This document shows, piece by piece, positions 11,325-21,340 of a stretch of 64,000 bases of DNA. Each line of letters begins with the position of its first letter. Within the stretch, counting starts at the first letter, position 1. Under the pieces are notes generated by a model. The model searched no databases. It was not told where the DNA came from and worked only from the letters and a program-made list of their open reading frames with translations. The DNA comes from Candidatus Bathyarchaeota archaeon (GTDB lineage Archaea > Thermoproteota > Bathyarchaeia > Bathyarchaeales > Bathycorpusculaceae), in assembly GCA_963717465.1 (NCBI GenBank), contig OY970340.1, forward strand, positions 800,001-864,000, in the 5' to 3' direction. The translations under genes and the position numbers were made by a program.

Positions 11325-11951
11325 ATGACTGAAAACAAGACTGAATTCGAAGAACTTCTACAAAGAGCTGCGGAACTTAGAGGGCACCTCTGCCTAGGTT
11401 TGCCCCTGGGCATAAAGATGGCGCAGATGGGGCTTAAGCTTCTCGATATGAACGAGGAAGAAAAGAGGGAAAACCTTGTAGTCTTTGTAGAGAATGACAA
11501 GTGTCCTGCAGATGCAATACAGATTGCTACAGGATGCAGTGCTGGAAGCAGAAAACTAAAAATGATGTACTACGGTAAGTCAGCCGCTACTTTCGTTGAT
11601 GGTTTAACTGGAAAAGCTTACCGGGTGATATCAAAAAAAGATTTAACGGCTCGCGCCATGGACTTAGCCATAAAAGATGGAATAATCAAGGCAGGAGAGA
11701 ATGTAGAAGAATTTTCAAAACTTGAAAGAACAGTGCTTATGAATGCTTTCATGAAGTTGACGGCTGAAGATCTTCTTGATTATCAAGAGGTTAAAATTAC
11801 TTGGAAGAGCCCGCTTCTTCCTTCAAGAATGGAGCAACGGCAATATTGTGCTGATTGTGGAGAAGAAATTATGGGTGGGCATGGCATTACTCGTGGGGAC
11901 GTCACGCTGTGTAAAGCATGTGTTGAAGGTTCATATTTTGAACGCCTATAA
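11325..11951 (+). CDS. fmdE: FmdE family protein with C-terminal zinc finger
   Basis: GHLCLGLPLG, ENDKCPADAIQIATGCSAG, YGKSAATF, CADCGE..CKAC. Confidence 0.9.
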   Translation: MTENKTEFEELLQRAAELRGHLCLGLPLGIKMAQMGLKLLDMNEEEKRENLVVFVENDKCPADAIQIATGCSAGSRKLKMMYYGKSAATFVDGLTGKAYRVISKKDLTARAMDLAIKDGIIKAGENVEEFSKLERTVLMNAFMKLTAEDLLDYQEVKITWKSPLLPSRMEQRQYCADCGEEIMGGHGITRGDVTLCKACVEGSYFERL

Positions 11952-12112
11952 TTTTGTTCAATGCTGAATTGCCCAAATTTTAAAAATTAAGTTTGTTGAC
12001 CTTAAAATTCAAAGTATTTTTGTTGAGCAGCTTCTGGATTAGTGTAAACAAGTTGGTTTACCAAGAGCTATATGGTGGCTAATTAAAACGACTATCAAGG
12101 TCGTGGAAATAC

Positions 12113-13210
12113 GTGAAAAAGCAACTGATTATTGTAATTGCAGTTGTCGTGATAATTGCGATATTGTTGGTGGGAACTCTTGTCCTTTATCCAATGTACT
12201 ATAAGCCTTCAACTTCATCAGCAACTACTAGGACAATCACTGACATGTACGGAAGAACTGTAACAGTGCCTACAACAATTAACCGAGTGTTGACTACGGG
12301 ACCAATAGAAAATGAGCTTGTCTATATGCTTGCACCTGACAAACTTGCCGGCTTAACTTTCTCACTAAATGGTAATCCAGTATTGGCAGAAACTCAATAT
12401 GCTAATCTAACAATTGTAGGTGGAACGTACGCGAGTTATCATTATAATGCTGAGACGTTCCTAGCGGACAACCCCGACGTAATTATTGACGGTGCTGACA
12501 CAACAAACACTTCCCTGAATACGGCACAACAGGAATTTAGTACAGTGCCAGTTGTAGGAGTTTATTGTGGCAGTGACGATTTGACTGGTTATGCCCAGGA
12601 GATCACATTCCTATGTAACCTACTTGGCGTACAATCTCAGGCACAGCTCTTACTGAACTACTATGACGAAGCAATGAACTACGTTCAACAAATCAACAAC
12701 GAAACTTGGCAAAACAGAACAACAGTGTATTATGCAGAAGGATCAGCTGGACTTAATACAGACCCCACTGGCTCAATGCATACCACTCTCCTATCATTTT
12801 GCGGCGGTGTAAACGTAGCTAACGTTGCGTTATTACCAGGTTATGGCATGGCTACTGTTAATCCAGAGGACCTTCCAATTTGGAACCCAGACATCATAAT
12901 TATCGGACGAGGTAGCGAAGCTTCACTTTACAGTCAAATAATGAACAGTTCTAATCCTGTTTGGAACTCTCTTACAGCGGTCGAAGCCGGTCGAGTATAC
13001 ATAAGACCAGATAATCCATGGTCATGGTTTGACGGGCCACCAGGACCAGGTCAAATTCTAGGCATGTACTGGATGGTGCATACACTTTACCCAACCCAAA
13101 CTGCAAACTTAAACCTCGCCAACGAAACAACGACTTTCTACACTGACTTCTACCACTACAACCTAACAACTACTCAGGTTCAAACACTATTAAGCGGTGG
13201 CAACCTTTAA
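12113..13210 (+). CDS. Type II ABC importer substrate-binding protein (BtuF/siderophore/MolA class)
   Basis: N-terminal TM anchor, ITDMYGRTVTVP, NPDVII, LTAVEAGRVY, WFDGPP. Confidence 0.88.
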   Translation: MKKQLIIVIAVVVIIAILLVGTLVLYPMYYKPSTSSATTRTITDMYGRTVTVPTTINRVLTTGPIENELVYMLAPDKLAGLTFSLNGNPVLAETQYANLTIVGGTYASYHYNAETFLADNPDVIIDGADTTNTSLNTAQQEFSTVPVVGVYCGSDDLTGYAQEITFLCNLLGVQSQAQLLLNYYDEAMNYVQQINNETWQNRTTVYYAEGSAGLNTDPTGSMHTTLLSFCGGVNVANVALLPGYGMATVNPEDLPIWNPDIIIIGRGSEASLYSQIMNSSNPVWNSLTAVEAGRVYIRPDNPWSWFDGPPGPGQILGMYWMVHTLYPTQTANLNLANETTTFYTDFYHYNLTTTQVQTLLSGGNL

Positions 13211-13455
13211 TAGCTGTCACTTCCCAACTTTTTCTTTTAACTCGATAATTTATCTCTTGAACTTATCCGTGAAAAAACCGCTCAACCAAAAAGTAAACCA
13301 TCCTGACACGAGTTGAGAACATTCAAGGACAACCAAATTACCCTGCAAAGCATAAAAACTGTGCTGAAAAACTCTTAAATACACTCAAAGCTTTACGCGG
13401 GCTTCCAGTAAGCATAATTTTACTTATCCTCCTTGTCATCCTCTTCATTGTTTCT

Positions 13456-14448
13456 TTGGGATTAGGAAGATACCCTGTAGCTCCTGCCGACGTTTTTCTG
13501 ATTCTGATGGGTAATTTAAGAATCTCAATCGCTGAATTGATAAACTTTTTAAGTCTTGGTTATGCGCAACTTACTACATTCATGCAACCTAGTATCCCTG
13601 ATACTGTGGTAATGCAAATTAGGTTGCCTAGAATAATCGCTGCTATGCTAATCGGTGGCACTCTATCTTTGGCAGGGGGCTCCTTCCAAGGGCTATTTCG
13701 CAATCCCTTAGTATCCCCAGATATTCTCGGCGTTTCTGCAGGCGCTGGCTTTGGGGCAGCACTTGCCATATTGCTTAATCAAAGTCAGGTTAACATAGAA
13801 ATATTTGCCTTCTCTTTTGCAATCTTGGCAGTAGGTATTGCTTACGCAGTTAGTAAGGTAGTTAAGGGTAGTCGCACTCTTAGTTTAATCTTAGCTGGAA
13901 TAGCAATCACCTCTTTTTTCAACGCTTGTCTTGCATTGGCTGAATATGTGGCTAATCCTAGCACTCAATTGCAAACAATAATCTTTTGGCTAATGGGAAG
14001 TTTAGCTAACGTTGTCACCTTCGATAATATTTCGATTGCAGCTATACCAATGATAGCCGGTATGGTTGTTCTCTTGCTTTTACGTTGGCGTTTTAATGTA
14101 TTGGCAATGGGCGAAGAAGAAGCTCAATCAATGGGAGTAAATACAGGTCGCATGAGAGTAATAATCGTCGTTTGTTGTACACTAATGAGTGCATCAGCAG
14201 TCTGCATTGCTGGTATAGTTGGTTGGGTTGGGCTAGTCATTCCCCACATCAGTCGTTTACTAGTAGGGCCTGACCATAAGCGTCTTTTGCCAGTATCGCT
14301 TCTATTGGGAGCATCATATCTTTTGATTATTGATGATGTAGCAAGAACCGCTTCAAGTTTGGAAATACCGCTGGGAATACTTACGGCAATGATTGGTGCG
14401 CCATTCTTTATCTATATGCTCAGTAGGCAAGGAAAGGGGTGGTCATGA
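13456..14448 (+). CDS. Type II ABC importer permease (FecCD/BtuC family); frame is open upstream to ~13297, so the true start is probably earlier
   Basis: RLPRI, QGLFRNPLVSPDILGVSAGA, GWVGLVIPH, GAPFF; a hydrophobic helix is encoded in frame at 13381-13455. Confidence 0.9.
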   Translation: MGLGRYPVAPADVFLILMGNLRISIAELINFLSLGYAQLTTFMQPSIPDTVVMQIRLPRIIAAMLIGGTLSLAGGSFQGLFRNPLVSPDILGVSAGAGFGAALAILLNQSQVNIEIFAFSFAILAVGIAYAVSKVVKGSRTLSLILAGIAITSFFNACLALAEYVANPSTQLQTIIFWLMGSLANVVTFDNISIAAIPMIAGMVVLLLLRWRFNVLAMGEEEAQSMGVNTGRMRVIIVVCCTLMSASAVCIAGIVGWVGLVIPHISRLLVGPDHKRLLPVSLLLGASYLLIIDDVARTASSLEIPLGILTAMIGAPFFIYMLSRQGKGWS

Positions 14449-15221
14449 GACTTTGCGTTAGCCACGCTGAATTCCATTATGACTTGGCGAAAGCTCATGG
14501 CTTTAGGGATATAAACTTCACAATAGATCAAGCAGGGATCCTTACCATACTTGGACCGAATGGATGCGGAAAAACCACACTTCTAAAGTGCCTGGACAGA
14601 CTGCTTAAACTAGAACGCGGAAGCATTTTGATTGATGGTAAAGACCTGTCCAGTATGTCAAGAGTTGAAATCGCAAAAGCTATTGGTTATGTTCCACAAT
14701 TTCACCAACCGAACTTTGCGTTTTCAGTAATGGATGCTGTCCTTGTGGGAAGATCCCCTCATATTGGTTATCTAGACTCTCCAGGTAAAGAGGATATCAA
14801 GATTGCCAAAGAAGCTTTAGAAACCATGGGCATATCCTATTTGAAGGATGTACCTTATACCCAGGTCAGCGGCGGGGAAAGACAGATGGTACTTTTAGCC
14901 CGAATCTTAACCCAGCAGCCTTCACTGCTATTACTTGATGAACCAACTTCTCATTTGGACTTTGGAAACCAAATAAGGCTGTTAAATACGCTTCAAAAAT
15001 TAGCAAACACAGGGTTGCCTATAATCATGACCTCTCATTTTCCAGACCACGCCTTCTTATCCAATAAAGTTGCTCTCATGAAAGACGGAGAACTAATCGA
15101 AATAGGCACTCCAGATGACATTATAACCGACCAAAACTTAGAAAAAGTTTACAAGATTAAAGTCAAAGTGATTAATGCGGAAGGCCTTAATCGCAAGATA
15201 TGCGTACCAATAGGTGAATAA
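14439..15221 (+). CDS. Type II ABC importer ATP-binding protein
   Basis: GPNGCGKTT, VSGGERQ, LLLDEPTSHLD. Confidence 0.92.
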   Translation: MVMRLCVSHAEFHYDLAKAHGFRDINFTIDQAGILTILGPNGCGKTTLLKCLDRLLKLERGSILIDGKDLSSMSRVEIAKAIGYVPQFHQPNFAFSVMDAVLVGRSPHIGYLDSPGKEDIKIAKEALETMGISYLKDVPYTQVSGGERQMVLLARILTQQPSLLLLDEPTSHLDFGNQIRLLNTLQKLANTGLPIIMTSHFPDHAFLSNKVALMKDGELIEIGTPDDIITDQNLEKVYKIKVKVINAEGLNRKICVPIGE

Positions 15222-15789
15222 ATTGAAAAAACAAAATGAAAACGAATTTAGAAAATATGTTAAGGAAGTCGGCGATTACCATGGACATATATGCTTTGGC
15301 ATCGCCATGGGTACAAAAATGGCTTTAGCGGCAATGAAATATTTTGAATTAGATCTACAGGCTAAAAATAAGAACTTAATTGTTTATGCTGAAATTGACC
15401 GATGCATGACAGATGCACTACAGGTAATTACTGGTTGCACGCTGGGTCATCGAACGCTAAAATACGTTGATTACGGTAAATTTGCTGCCACCTTTGTGAA
15501 CCTTACGAGCGGCAAAGCAATACGTATCACAATAAAAGAGAGTTTTGAAATAAAAGGTTCTCCAGATGAAGTGGTTGAAAAAATGGCTGTGACTCCTGAG
15601 ACCCAAATTGTAAATATCCAAAAAGTTGAAGTGAAAATTCCGGAAACGGATTTGCCTGGTCTTCCGAAAAAACGGGAAAATTGCTCAAAGTGCGGAGAAA
15701 GAATTATGGATGGTCGAGAAGTCTACCGCGAAAATAAAATACTCTGCCGAGCATGTGCTAACGGAAAATACTATATTGAATTAACCTAA
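15214..15789 (+). CDS. fmdE: FmdE family protein with C-terminal zinc finger (second copy)
   Basis: YHGHICFGIAMG, EIDRCMTDALQVITGCTLG, YGKFAATF, CSKCGE..CRAC. Confidence 0.9.
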   Translation: MNKLKKQNENEFRKYVKEVGDYHGHICFGIAMGTKMALAAMKYFELDLQAKNKNLIVYAEIDRCMTDALQVITGCTLGHRTLKYVDYGKFAATFVNLTSGKAIRITIKESFEIKGSPDEVVEKMAVTPETQIVNIQKVEVKIPETDLPGLPKKRENCSKCGERIMDGREVYRENKILCRACANGKYYIELT

Positions 15790-15837
15790 AAAGTGAAACA
15801 TTACTAAAATCATGCGAAAGTTCTGTGAACTAGCTCT

Positions 15838-16800
15838 TTAATAAACGATAATTTCGCTTAGCCATTTCATCCAGTAAGTGTCGATCCTGAACGGTGTAGC
15901 AGTTGTTGGGCAAAAAGACTTGAAAGGTCCACCTTGATCGACAGTAAGTGTTTTTCCATTTATCTGGTAACCAATCATCATTTTTCCAGAGTTAAGCTCG
16001 TCAAAAGTGAAATTTCCAGGAACACTTACGCCAAGGCAGGCTTTTCCGTCAATCCCAATCAGCGAGACTTGGTGAGCATAGGATGAAACATTCGCGTAAG
16101 CTAACGCGTCCGTTATTAGTATTCCTGTCCAGTTTGCTGTAACAGAATTAAAGCCTGAGTAGTAAGTTGTTGCGTTGATTGTTGTTGATTTTATGAGCGT
16201 TATGTTAGTTGCTGTTAATGTTATCGGATCTGCTACGTTGCCTTTGATTGTGATTGTCCATGGTTCTACGTTGATTTTTGAAACCTCACTTATTTGATAG
16301 CTATCGTTGAAGTTAGGTGTAATTAACTGGATACATCCGCCATCTGTCTGGTTGGTCATCCATGCACCGTTCTTAACGAATGCTAAGAGTATCACGTTGT
16401 ACTTGTAATAGTACCAAGCAGAGTTTGTACTGTTCCACGCCTGATAAAGATTCAGAGTCGTGGAATTTCCGCTTTCACCTGTGACTTGTATTCCTCCCGC
16501 ATCCCAGTTCAATCTTGATTGGTTACAGAAATCAAACAAAGAGACGCCGATGTAAGTTGTGCTGTTGTCTGCAGTTGTAACGGTTGATAAGGGCATTTGC
16601 GTTAAATCGCTCAGTGTAACTATTCTTTCTTGTTGAACGTCACCTGCTAACTGGATTTGCCATTGTGGCGCTTCTCCGGAAGGTAACTGAATTGATTTTA
16701 CTTTAGGATTGTTGCTGATTGTCTCGACATAAAGAATTGACGCCACAACAACCACAATTAGTATTGCAGCCACCATCGCCACAATTTTTTTCCTTTTCAT
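15838..16800 (-). CDS. Membrane-anchored protein with two sulfite-oxidase-type molybdopterin-binding (Oxidored_molyb-like) domains
   Basis: N-terminal TM; WQIQLAGDV..VTLSDLTQMP, YIGVSL, ILLAFVKNG; second domain WTITIKGNV, NWTGILI, GYQINGKTL..QGGPF, WMKWLSEI. Confidence 0.72.
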   Translation of the reverse strand: MKRKKIVAMVAAILIVVVVASILYVETISNNPKVKSIQLPSGEAPQWQIQLAGDVQQERIVTLSDLTQMPLSTVTTADNSTTYIGVSLFDFCNQSRLNWDAGGIQVTGESGNSTTLNLYQAWNSTNSAWYYYKYNVILLAFVKNGAWMTNQTDGGCIQLITPNFNDSYQISEVSKINVEPWTITIKGNVADPITLTATNITLIKSTTINATTYYSGFNSVTANWTGILITDALAYANVSSYAHQVSLIGIDGKACLGVSVPGNFTFDELNSGKMMIGYQINGKTLTVDQGGPFKSFCPTTATPFRIDTYWMKWLSEIIVY

Positions 16801-17007
16801 TTCTACTACTCCTCTCCGATGTATATGTGAACACTATTAACGATATGTTTTAATTCACACAACGAAAATCGTTATTTAAAGTTTTCCACATAAACCCAAG
16901 AGAGAGCGAAAAAAGACTGTTTGATAATGCTACGGTCAGTAATCATGTTTTTAGCGAAATATTTTTATTTGCACATCGCGGAGTTAGCGTTCAAGAAGGA
17001 GATAAGA

Positions 17008-18117
17008 ATGGCTTCAGAAACCAAAAAAATGGGAAAAATAAGCAGAAAAATCTTAGCAGTGATTCTAGTTGTTATAATTGCAGTGGCGGTAGCGGCTACA
17101 GCATTGTATGTTTTGTGGCCAAAGTCAACAACTAGTAACACAACGACTAGTAACACATTGCCAGCGATGTCCTTAACTCTTGTAGCTGCAAACGGCACTT
17201 CAATAACGATAAACCAAACAGAAATCGGTAAACTAACAACAGTTACAAGTGCTGGTGGATTAGAAAGTAGCGGTGGTGCAATCGAAGGAGTTGGCAACTA
17301 TACAGGTGTACCGATATTGACGCTTCTTGGTTTAGTCGGCGGCATGACAAGTGATGAAACATTAACCATAACTGCAACTGACGGCTACTCGATGGTTTTT
17401 ACTTATGATCAAGTCAACGGGCAAGGCTACCCAACATTTGATCCTGTAACTGGAAACGCAGTAGATTCAAATCAAACACTTACGTTGATTGCAGCTTACT
17501 ATTATAACGATGTACCATTAACAAAAGACATAGGCCCGATAAGAATTGCCTTAGTTGGTTCACAAGGGTTGCTCACCGAGGGGCACTTCTGGATATTTTA
17601 TGCGTCTACAATAGCCATCACAAGTGAAGTTAAAGATTGGAATTTAACAATTACGGCAATATCCGGCTTGGATGGCTCTACCCTTATGACTGATAATTTG
17701 ACGCGCCAAGCTTTCGCTGCAGACCAAAATCCAAGTCATTTCGAAGCAAATTATACTGACCAGAGCGGTAACAGTAATAATTGGACTGGCACTACACTTT
17801 ATCATTGGATATCGTGGGCAAACTATGACCATCCAACTCAGGTTTCTAACGCTTCACTTGCCAACGGCTACAAAGTTGTAATAATCTCTGGAGACGGCTC
17901 TAACGTTACATTAAATGATAGCCAAGTTTACACATTAACAAGTAACGGCACCGTAACTTACGAAAACAATAACATTATCGTTGCATCCGAGTTAAATGGC
18001 AATGTACTTAGCGATCCAATTTGGCCGTTAAACCTTGTCGGTTCCGATATCAATTCAACAAACACTATCGGTAACATCGTCGAAATAGAAATAATACTTG
18101 ATAACCCAGCAAGCTAA
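17008..18117 (+). CDS. Membrane-anchored protein with two Oxidored_molyb-like domains (start ATG 17008)
   Basis: AAGGAG before the ATG; TM anchor; NYTGVPILTLL, ATDGYSMVF, AAYYYNDVPL..GPIRI; second domain NWTGTTL, SGDGS, ASELNGNVL..WPLNL. Confidence 0.72.
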   Translation: MASETKKMGKISRKILAVILVVIIAVAVAATALYVLWPKSTTSNTTTSNTLPAMSLTLVAANGTSITINQTEIGKLTTVTSAGGLESSGGAIEGVGNYTGVPILTLLGLVGGMTSDETLTITATDGYSMVFTYDQVNGQGYPTFDPVTGNAVDSNQTLTLIAAYYYNDVPLTKDIGPIRIALVGSQGLLTEGHFWIFYASTIAITSEVKDWNLTITAISGLDGSTLMTDNLTRQAFAADQNPSHFEANYTDQSGNSNNWTGTTLYHWISWANYDHPTQVSNASLANGYKVVIISGDGSNVTLNDSQVYTLTSNGTVTYENNNIIVASELNGNVLSDPIWPLNLVGSDINSTNTIGNIVEIEIILDNPAS

Positions 18118-18232
18118 CAACGGAAAATCTCAACCTTTTCCTTATTTTTTGTAATTTAAGAACTGCATTGCTTGCCCAATACAAAATACTTTTATTTTCA
18201 TATTGGTGAATATCGTCCAAGAAGGGAACAGG

Positions 18233-18784
18233 ATGGCTTCAAAATACAAAACTGCAATAAGTAAAGTTTTGGCAATCGTTACGGCAGTAATAATTATTGT
18301 AGCAGCTGTCATCGGAATGGTCACATATTATAGTTGGTATCAAAATAGAGGTGAAACTAGCAATACTGTTGTTGCTAGTTGGAGTGTCGTTGTTAACGGC
18401 ACAAGTGTTAAAAATATGACTGAATCAGACTTCGAAACTTTGGCGGCTGGTAATCCACAATCCTACGTTTCTAATGGTGCCACTTGGGCTGGCACACCGC
18501 TTCATCGAGTAATCCAAATCTGGGCACTTGACAATGGCGTTATAAATAGTTCAGAGGTAGCTAACGGTTATCTTGTAAAAGTGATTGGTTCGGATGGAAG
18601 CAGCGCAGAATTTAATGTCAGCCAAATTTATATGAACACAAACATTATTCTCGCTAACACCGAAAACGGCTTAAAAATAAACAGCGGCCAACCATATTAC
18701 CCGTTGTACCTAACAGGTTCAGATTTAACTAGCGATGAACAGGTCAAAGGCGTGGCACAAATCCAGATTTTACCTTTGCAATGA
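18233..18784 (+). CDS. Membrane-anchored protein with one Oxidored_molyb-like domain (start ATG 18233)
   Basis: TM anchor; TWAGTPL, VIGSDGS, IILANTENG, YPLYLTG, VKGVAQI; resembles the second domain of 17008-18117. Confidence 0.68.
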   Translation: MASKYKTAISKVLAIVTAVIIIVAAVIGMVTYYSWYQNRGETSNTVVASWSVVVNGTSVKNMTESDFETLAAGNPQSYVSNGATWAGTPLHRVIQIWALDNGVINSSEVANGYLVKVIGSDGSSAEFNVSQIYMNTNIILANTENGLKINSGQPYYPLYLTGSDLTSDEQVKGVAQIQILPLQ

Positions 18785-18997
18785 CAAACTTGACTTTTGC
18801 CTTGCTGGTAAAAAAGGAATAAACAATTTCAAACTTTTGACGCTAAATTAGACCATGGCTCTTGAAAAAAATAACGCGACTAAGTAAACTAACGATTTCA
18901 AGGCTTTTTTGTTCCTCACTATGAACCAGTTTCCGTTAATAGCCGAAATATTTTTATTTACATATCGCAGAGTAAGCGTCCAGAAGGGAAATGAGAA

Positions 18998-20182
18998 ATG
19001 GCTTCAGAAACCAAAAAAACAGGAAAAATAAGCAGAAAAATCTTAGCAATAGTTCTGATCGTCATAATTGTAGTTGTAGCAATAGCGGCTATAGCATTAT
19101 ATTTAAATGGTCAAAAATCAACATCAACGACAACTAACTTGCCAGCAGCCACCTTAACTATTATAGGCGCAAACGGCACATCAGTAACACTAAACGCAAC
19201 ACAACTTGCAGCAATGGCACAAGCGTCTGGAAAAGGCGGAGAATTCAAAGGGTCGAAGGGCACTTTTGATTACGGAACTTATGCAGGCGTATCAATAATG
19301 ACCTTGCTCAATGAAGTTGGCGGCATGAACAGTTCACAGGCCCTTAACGTTACAGGTGCAGATGGCTGGGGAGAACAGTTTTCATATGGGTTAGTCACTT
19401 GCAACTCAGCAGATTTAACGATGTACAACCCGAGCACAAATGCAACAGCAACTCCAACTAACCCAGTAACAATGATTCTTGCATACACTTTGAACGGAAC
19501 TGCCACTAACATGAACACTTATGATAATGCATCATCTGCCAATAATGGAGCGTATCTGGGAATTGCTTTCGTTGGATCTGATGGGTTATCAACAACGGCT
19601 ATGTATTACTGCTCGTACGTGGTTACACTTCAAGTCGTTAATCCACCGTCAACAACAACGCTTAGTTTGCCAGCAGCCACCTTAACTATTATAGGAGCAA
19701 GCGGCACATCAGTAACGCTAAATGCCACACAACTTGCAGCAATGACACAAACCTCTGGGCTTGGCGGAGAATTCAAAGGGTCGAAGGGCACTTTTGATTA
19801 CGGAACTTATGCAGGCGTATCAATAATGACCTTGCTCAATGAAGTTGGCGGCATGAACAGTTCACAGGCCCTTAACGTTACAGGTGCAGATGGCTGGGGA
19901 GAACAGTTTTCATATGGGTTAGTCACTTGCAACTCAGCAGATTTAACGATGTACAACCCGAGCACAAATGCAACAGCAACTCCAACTAACCCAGTAACAA
20001 TGATTCTTGCATACACTTTGAACGGAACTGCCACTAACATGAACACTTATGATAATGCATCATCTGCCAATAATGGAGCGTATCTGGGAATTGCTTTCGT
20101 TGGATCTGATGGGCTATCAACAACGGCTATGTATTACTGCTCGTACGTGGTTACACTTCAAGTCGTTGATGCACAGACTTGA
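18998..20182 (+). CDS. Membrane-anchored protein with two near-identical Oxidored_molyb-like domains
   Basis: N-terminus MASETKK..KISRKILA shared with the 17008 gene; TYAGVSIMTLL, GADGW, ILAYTLNG each present twice. Confidence 0.7.
   Translation: MASETKKTGKISRKILAIVLIVIIVVVAIAAIALYLNGQKSTSTTTNLPAATLTIIGANGTSVTLNATQLAAMAQASGKGGEFKGSKGTFDYGTYAGVSIMTLLNEVGGMNSSQALNVTGADGWGEQFSYGLVTCNSADLTMYNPSTNATATPTNPVTMILAYTLNGTATNMNTYDNASSANNGAYLGIAFVGSDGLSTTAMYYCSYVVTLQVVNPPSTTTLSLPAATLTIIGASGTSVTLNATQLAAMTQTSGLGGEFKGSKGTFDYGTYAGVSIMTLLNEVGGMNSSQALNVTGADGWGEQFSYGLVTCNSADLTMYNPSTNATATPTNPVTMILAYTLNGTATNMNTYDNASSANNGAYLGIAFVGSDGLSTTAMYYCSYVVTLQVVDAQT
19139..20167 (+). repeat. Intragenic tandem duplication, ~500 bp unit, period 528 bp (19139-19639 / 19667-20167)
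   Basis: Direct comparison: the copies are almost identical after GGCGGAGAATTC; identical antisense ORFs at 19279 and 19807 are offset by 528. Confidence 0.97.
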
Positions 20183-20191
20183 GGATGACTC

Positions 20192-21277
20192 TTGAGACGA
20201 AGAAACATAGTGATTGCGGCAGTTCTTGTTGTAATCCTAATAGTATCCACCTATTTTTTTCTTGTAATTGATGTTTTACCTGAATCAAAACCAACTCTCA
20301 CGATATTTTGTGCTACTAGCCTCGAATACCCCCTGAGCAAGGTTGATGCGGATTTTGAAGCCGCCTATCCAAATGTAAATGTCGAAATGATGGGGCATGG
20401 TAGCATACAGGTTATTCGGCAAGTAACTGAGGAAAACATGAAGGTTGACTTGTTAATGGTGGCGGATTACTCGCTTATCCCAACGATGATGTATAACACC
20501 ATTGACGAGCAGACAAATCAAAGCTATGCGAACTATTACATTAGATTTGCCACAAACTCTCTTGTTCTAGCCTACACGAACAACAGCAAATATGCCAACG
20601 AAATTAATGCCACTAATTGGTACTCCATCCTAAGCCAACAAAATGTCAAAATTGGGCTTGTCAATCCAGAATTAGATGCACTTGGCTACCGCACTCTAAT
20701 GGCAATCCAGCTATCAGAGAATTATTATAATGCGACCGGTTTATTTGCCAACTTAATTAGTGACAATTTTAACCCTTCAATAAACTCCATTCAAGACGGC
20801 TCAAATTATACGATCATGGTTCCAGACACTCAAACACCTCAAGGCGACAAGATAATTTTACGCGCAAGCGAAGTGGACTTAATCCCCCTGCTTCAAGATG
20901 GTACCATTGACTACTGCTTCCTATATGAAAGCAACGCCAAACAGTACGGTTTCAACTATGTTGAACTGCCTGATCAAGTCAATTTAGGCAACCCAGCTTA
21001 CGCAAGCAATTACCAAACCGTCCAAATTGTTTACTCTCACCAAAGATTTTCAGACATAACCCTTGACCGCACAGGAGAACCCATCTACTACGGGTTAACC
21101 ATACCCTCAAACGCTCCCGATCCACAATTGGCAGAAGAATTCATCCAGTTCATGCTCAAAGATCAAGGAAAAACCGATTTTGCCCAAGCATACCAACCAG
21201 TTTTCGCCCCTTCATACACTGACAATCTACAAGCACTACCGTCTAGCCTGCAATCATTGGTTGTAAGCGAACCATAA
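20192..21277 (+). CDS. wtpA: Tungstate/molybdate ABC transporter substrate-binding protein
   Basis: IFCATSL, GHGSIQVIRQVTE, VADYSLIP, NPELDALGYR, DYCFLYESNAKQ, LPDQVNLG, GEPIYYGLTIP (archaeal WtpA motifs). Confidence 0.92.
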   Translation: MRRRNIVIAAVLVVILIVSTYFFLVIDVLPESKPTLTIFCATSLEYPLSKVDADFEAAYPNVNVEMMGHGSIQVIRQVTEENMKVDLLMVADYSLIPTMMYNTIDEQTNQSYANYYIRFATNSLVLAYTNNSKYANEINATNWYSILSQQNVKIGLVNPELDALGYRTLMAIQLSENYYNATGLFANLISDNFNPSINSIQDGSNYTIMVPDTQTPQGDKIILRASEVDLIPLLQDGTIDYCFLYESNAKQYGFNYVELPDQVNLGNPAYASNYQTVQIVYSHQRFSDITLDRTGEPIYYGLTIPSNAPDPQLAEEFIQFMLKDQGKTDFAQAYQPVFAPSYTDNLQALPSSLQSLVVSEP

Positions 21278-21340
21278 CGCTCATAACGAATTAGCGCTTA
21301 TCTTAACAGAAGAATTACTTGGGAGGCTAAAATTAAAGGA

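Noticed and set aside
16815..16845. ModE box (CGATGTATA-n8-CTATTAACG) in the divergent promoter
   Set aside because: Only a partial match to the bacterial consensus in AT-rich DNA; not supportable by eye.
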